The position numbers and the translations under genes were made by a program. A DNA stretch of 56,307 nucleotides, counting the filler, from Sphacelaria rigidula (lineage: Eukaryota): the NCBI GenBank assembly GCA_964200075.2. It is 7 parts of 7 records of this genome, joined end to end, with 100 filler letters (N's around TTAATTAATTAA, not from the genome) between each part and the next. Parts side by side here need not be neighbours in the genome. Positions count along the whole stretch, not along the records: positions 48,351 to 56,307 come from CAXNAA020012841.1; 6 more parts are not named here. One strand, given 5' to 3'. This document shows, piece after piece, positions 50,900-56,307 of the stretch. The notes beneath the pieces were generated by a model. The model was not told the DNA's origin. It was given only the letters and a program-made list of their open reading frames with translations, and did not search any database. Positions within the stretch are counted from its first letter, which is position 1. The number at the start of each line of letters is the position of its first letter.

Positions 50900-51900
50900 T
50901 TTGTCTGGCTGGTTGGTTGTGTTTCAGAGGGTATTGTTGCTTGGCTTCTCGTGTCTGGCCGTGCATCATCTCGTATGTTCTGCGGAACATCACATTCCAT
51001 GTGATCTTATTTTCCGCGTTGGCAAAGTTTCTTCCATTCGCTGTGTACATACTGCTGGAAGAGATACCTACTTCCTCTGACAGATAGGTGAGCTTGATTA
51101 CGTTTACACGGGTCCTTAACCCTTAGACCGCGAGGTTCGTCTTCTGTTGAATCGGCATCAATTTCAAGAGATAAAAAGTATGCATGATCCAAAAAGACTA
51201 ATCTCGCGGTCTAAGGGTTAACCGTGCCCGATGCCGTTGGGCCTGATTTATTTGAAATCTGTCATTTTTCGAGTTGAAACCCTTCTTTTTTTGCGCAGCC
51301 TCCTGCATGGGCAAGCAGCCCAAAAAAACAGTCAGTCGGCCCAAGAAAGGCCATATTTCGCCCCTTTTCAAAAAGTCGCGCCAGATGCCGATCTTGCCGT
51401 CGAAATCGTGGCTTGGGTCCAACCGAGCCTTCGCCACAATTATCATGATCTTTGCCATGTGACTCTTCTTGTGCTATACGCGAGGAGACCCGGGGATGGA
51501 CTCCCCCGGGAAGATTCGGATCTTCTCCATGTTCCTCAGAAGAAGGAAAAAACAACTTTCATCCGAGTGGATGACGTTTCTCTGGTCGAGGAAATGCCGG
51601 GTGTCTCGTCGACCTGGTCGCAGATTAAACCTATCCGGCGCCTCTTCTGACTCTCGGAAAGGGATGGCTTGATGCGGCGAGCCACCTTCTGGGCTCCTTT
51701 CTTAAACCATCGCGTCACGGTATCAGGAGCTGAATTCCAGGCCGATCTATTTCAGCCGATCGGACACTTGTCTGTTCGTAGACGACCGGTTCTGCTTCTT
51801 TACCGCCTGCAGTGTCACCTTCGGTGGAGTAAGCAGCGACGGCCGCCCACTACGAGGTTTGTTTGAGAGATAAAGCTCCTCGGTGCCTCCGACCTGTGCT
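50900..51900 (-). pseudogene. Tc1/mariner DD39D-type transposase relic
   Basis: IKPSLSESQKRRRI (KP.L..NK..R), NVIHSDESCF (HIDEKWF) and KIMIIVAKAR...FDGKIGIW (KVMF..AVARP...FDGKIG). Frameshifted and interrupted; boundaries approximate. Confidence 0.8.
51120..51217. mobile_element. 98-bp piggyBac-like MITE
   Basis: TTAA|CCCTTAGACCGCGAG...CTCGCGGTCTAAGGG|TTAA, a perfect 15-bp TIR. Confidence 0.88.
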
Positions 51901-52636
51901 TTGCAGCTTTTCCATAGCTGTGCGAGGTATTCAGGGCCAACACCGTAGCGCTGGGCGAGGGAGCCTGCAACGCTTTGCCTGGTGGAATGGCCAGCGCTAC
52001 CTCCATCGCTAGGGCATAGCGGCGGCCCAATGACACCTCAACTCCCTGCTGGCGACGCGGGGGGGAAGCTTGCAGTCTCCATCGTGGTTGTGCCACGAAG
52101 GGGGACGGTAAACGGGCTTCTGTTCAAGAGTTCTAAAAAAGAATCTCGAAAACATTCTAAAAAATCCCAAAATATTGGCCAAAATGGGGCTATTTCGACC
52201 CCACAAATTCTCGATAGTAGCGGCTCGGACTTTTTTTTTTTTCATGAGGATCTCCGTGACTGTAGGTTTACAGTGAATCTAACTGTAGTATCGCACGCTC
52301 TTCCGTTCAAAAGATATGATCTGCGCACCATACTCGAGCTAACTCACGTGACAGAGGAAGGATGTAAATTGGCCTGGGCGTATGTCATCACTTTAAGGCG
52401 GGGAGCTGCAAAGTACTAATACTGGGATTCACTAAGGACTGATACCGATGTGTATTCTGTCAATTCTTGGCGCCATGTGCCGGGAAAATGGGTGAAGGAA
52501 CAAGCCCGGGACACGGTGGCGCATGGACGGTCTAAAACTATTTCACCTACTCGACACGCAATGATTGGAACATGATAAAATATAATAGGACGAATCGGCA
52601 GTAAATCAGCCTTGCATACAGATATAGTTTTGGTCT

Positions 52637-52851
52637 GGACACTTCTACGATAGCCCCCCCTCAAAAAAGTGCATGATTTTGGGAGACAAAATCTTCACGT
52701 ACATCGAAATGAAGCCGAGCACAACGAGCAGCTGGGAATTCCCACGCTCGGGTTCGTTCTCGCCAATGTTGCCAATATGAGGCGCTTCATGCCGCCATTT
52801 TTTTCGTTGGGCTGGTTTTGGGGGGGGGGCTATCATAAAAAAAAAGCGTCC
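52637..52851 (+). mobile_element. MITE copy 2 (family of 37607-37854)
   Basis: GGACACTTCTACGATAGCCC...GGGCTATCATAAAA..GCGTCC. The interior GAAGCCGAGCACAACGAGCAGCTGGGAATTCCCACG is shared with copy 1. Confidence 0.85.
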
Positions 52852-55111
52852 CTGCACATCCCCCAGTAGGGAGCTCGTGAGCTCGGCGTTTCCGCCGAGT
52901 TTTGGTATGTAGATATTGTTCAGTTGAGGGCGTGCCGCGTGTTGCGCGATTGCAGGCACCCGAAATTTGCACGATATTATTCATGTATATATATATGGTG
53001 TGCGTGTTAGAACGCACGAAAATGAGTAGAGAGCATCCGTGCAGCAGCAGAATCACTCTTGAAAGCAACTTATGTTCCCACATTGCTGCACTTCAAAAAT
53101 AGTTTTTCACAGTCCTGACCTGCCCGCATTGCCCACTTTACAGCACTGGAGCTGTTCACGTCCTTTTCATTATCGCTTTCTTTGTCGCCATGCGGCGCAA
53201 TATCGCACAAATGAAAATCGCCCCCTACGGGCCGCTCTACTGCAAGTTATTCCCTTCCTGTCCAATATCTTGACTTTGCTAGTCCAACGCCCCGTTCACC
53301 TACAGAAGACAATCATGACACCAGAATTGCCGGTGCTCTTCTCGCCAAGTTTCAATGTATGAGGCAAATCCATTCCGACATAATCGAAGCCGCCTCGTCA
53401 TCGCCATGGCCTCGCACTATCAATCAACAGCCAGCACCTGCATGACATCACATGACTGGTTGTACCGGGTCGCAGTGTCCTTCCGCTTCTTGAATTATTC
53501 TGTCATTCTCATCCTCTTTTCCGGTCTGTCAAATTTCAAACGAAACTCGCCATTTCCCCCTCAACAAAATCCGTTTCCAACATTCCAGTTTTCTTCTTTT
53601 TTTCTTCACTCCATCTCTTGCAATTTCAAAAGCGGTTTCAGCACACAAGTCATAGCATCGCTCGAACCAAGAAATCAAAGCAACCAAGAGGCGTGAGAAG
53701 AAAACGTGTCATCAATCGTGGACAACGCTGAGCCACATCCCCCAGTTACCATGCGTCTGCCATTGCACAGACGGGATCCTCTTCTACATACAAACTTCCA
53801 AAAATCATCACCAGTTTGCTGCAGCACCAGTCAAAGCAGAGCTCGCAGTGACTCAACACTAAATTTACTGTACGGTACTGTGTTCTATGCAACAGAGAAG
53901 GAACACAAGCACAAAAAAAAGTAATCGCCGATCGCGATCTGACCACAACTTCTCGGCGACTCTTCTTTCCTTTGTTCTTTACCTAACCGTGCGTACAATC
54001 GATCACCATCCCCGCAGACAGCACCATTACACACACACACACACATGGCATCCAAACCATCCTTGAATACCCCTACAGAGGCCTTGCCATGCGTGTGGGT
54101 TCAAAGCCACCTTTAGTCCTTTGGTGATAAAAGGCGTGCTGCTCGTGAAGTTCGACGCTGCAAACATTTGCTTCCACAACATCGCATATCGCACACGTCA
54201 TACTCCACACCGCAATATAAGCCGCTCACGAGAAAAGAGCTGTTGCTCAACCCCTCAACCCGTGCAAACGAAACAGGTGCACCGCCCACGCACAGGGACA
54301 CACACGGCCCGGAACGAAATCTCAACAGTAAGTCCATGCCATCATGCCATCATGTTATCAGACGAGAGAATGCATACAAAACTTTTCTTGCTCCGCAAAT
54401 AGATGGACTCTTTTTCTTCTTTTCCGAAATCATGTTTTTTCACCTCACCTATAATACGCTTTTGTCGCTATAATTTCACATCTCCTCCGTTTGGGAGATT
54501 TTTCGTGTGAAATTCCTGTTCAATATAACGACACTGCTAAATCGTACATACCAACATCAATCCATCGTGGCCAGCTGTATCAACGCATTACGGTTTTCAG
54601 TGCCGCAGTTCTCCAATAGACCGACCGGTCACATGACGTCACATCACGGTACACCAAAAAAACAACAAAATGACAATATATCAGTTTTCGTTCAACACGC
54701 TGATCCCCTAGTAGGATATGCCTAGCCTATTTCGTAGTAGCCTAGCCGGAAGACTACGTTGAGCAGACGCTTCGGGATCAAGTCCAAGATGTTCAGCGTT
54801 GATATGACATTCCTCCAGGACATTCTTTTCCCCCATCCGACATTGTCGACCTCACATGAAACAAAGGAAGCTACGCTAAAATACTCAGATGACTCGAGTG
54901 AAAGGCGGGGCCGAATCGATTTGCGCCTTTTTCCTCGGCCCATCCAAGTCTGACAATCCCAGAAACATGCAACACATTTCGTGTTGTGCAACGCAGACAT
55001 GGGTACAAAATGCGGCACAACTTATCCCCTCTCGTTGGAACGGTGTATTCCCCAACACACAACCATTGCTCCAACACTCTGTAAGAAGTAAAGACCCACG
55101 CGGTGAACGAT

Positions 55112-55267
55112 TCAAGCACCCCACACTTTGACGGCATTGTCTAATGACCCAGACACCAGTCTATCGTTGAACACATTGAGAGACCACACGCCAGAGCACT
55201 GCAGAACTCTGACGCAATGCCAGTCTGGCCCCCACACGCGAATGGTGTGATCGCTGCTAGCAGAAAC
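55112..55267 (-). CDS. WD40-repeat protein, terminal coding exon
   Basis: CAG acceptor. Encodes VSASSDHTIRVWGPDWHCVRVLQCSGVWSLNVFNDRLVSGSLDNAVKVWGA-stop (TGA at 55114-55112). Absent from the ORF track. Confidence 0.9.
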   Translation of the reverse strand, partial: VSASSDHTIRVWGPDWHCVRVLQCSGVWSLNVFNDRLVSGSLDNAVKVWGA

Positions 55268-55917
55268 CTGCGATTAAGAAATACATGAGGGGGAGTAATT
55301 ATATTAGCAATGAATATCATGCAGCACTTCTGTACCGGCGGTACCGACCTTTTACCGTGTTGGAATACTGTACACTTGGATATGTAGATCGAGTGTTTCA
55401 TGCGCACGTAAAACCGTAGTAAAAAATGACTGGATGAAGGTGACTGAAAAAACAATGACACAGTAGGCGAGCCAACTTGTCCGCAACAATGCAGGATATA
55501 TTATGGCAGAAAAAAAAGTCAACTGTAATTATTTACGAATTCAGACAGCGACTGAGTGGACGATGTTCATGTTTATTTCCTAAAAAGAGCATACCACCAG
55601 TAGTTCGATTTTTAGCACAACACGAAAACATCACGGTGATTGAAGAGCAAGTCACCATGCTACTTTTATCTCCACAGAGCCAATACTAGCGACAGAGCGA
55701 GGGCCATTTTTCGAACCCTCACTTTTATGCCGGAATGATTCATTCACCTGCTGACCTGGCATCATGGGAAAGAATACAACACTACACCACAGTGGCCCAT
55801 GCCATCACGGCCAATGGGCCAAAAAACAAACAAAAAAAGACTAGCAAGGTGTGTGGCTATGGAGCTGCAGCAACTCAACGCTGCACACCGAAAACTGCAT
55901 GCACAGACAGCACTCAC

Positions 55918-56017
55918 CAGCTTTCCCTCTAGAACGGTGAGCGCGTAGACAGGGCCGATGTGGTCACTGAGCAGTCTCTCGCATTTCCACGTCTCGGGAT
56001 CCCACACACGAATTGTG
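55918..56017 (-). CDS. WD40-repeat protein, penultimate coding exon
   Basis: CAG acceptor and GTGAGT donor. Encodes TIRVWDPETWKCERLLSDHIGPVYALTVLEGKL and splices in frame to VSASSD. Confidence 0.9.
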
Positions 56018-56307
56018 CTGTTCACAACGCAAAACCGAAGACACATTACCAAGGCATTCATTGATTGATCGGCCCATGTCATTGGCATGCACGAGCCGAC
56101 GTTTCACAGCCGGACCGTCGGACGCGCATTAGTGGTGGAAACACACGTTGACCAACACGTGCACATATAGGATACGCACAACAGGACGGTTCCTGGTGAA
56201 AAGTCTGTCACAAGTATGGCGATATATCACGATTTTGCCCCTCCCCCCCAATGCCCCTGTGGATAAGCAATAGAGAGCAGGAGTCATATAGTGGCAGAGT
56301 GTGAGCT

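Noticed and set aside
53100..53400. Possible hAT dimerisation-domain remnant on the minus strand
   Set aside because: Only a faint 'R.FS' resemblance, not enough to support a call.

Overview
This is eukaryotic, repeat-rich DNA, most likely from a brown alga or other stramenopile (inferred from spliceosomal GT-AG introns, poly-Q/poly-A tracts and the repeat landscape). It is not one locus. It is seven contigs of 7959, 7959, 7958, 7958, 7958, 7958 and 7957 bp, sorted by size and joined by identical 100-bp spacers (N44-TTAATTAATTAA-N44), so adjacency across spacers means nothing. Three partial host genes can be spliced by eye: an ABCC/MRP transporter NBD1 region (4 exons, +), an OSCA/TMEM63 (CSC1-like) channel (4 exons, -) and the last two exons of a WD40 protein (-). 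The rest is mostly transposon debris: two decayed Ty1/copia elements, RTE-clade LINE fragments, a DD39D mariner relic, a complete tRNA-derived SINE, and several MITE families (piggyBac-like, Sola2-like, foldback, and one carrying telomere-like repeats). The best candidates for something undescribed are a tail-less retroposed repeat that sits in poly-C runs in all three copies, the telomere-repeat-bearing MITE family, and an inverted pair of 1-kb piggyBac-like elements in an ABCC intron. I found no multi-gene novel system. Nearly all ORFs in the supplied track are spurious. All alignments were done by eye and no database search was run.
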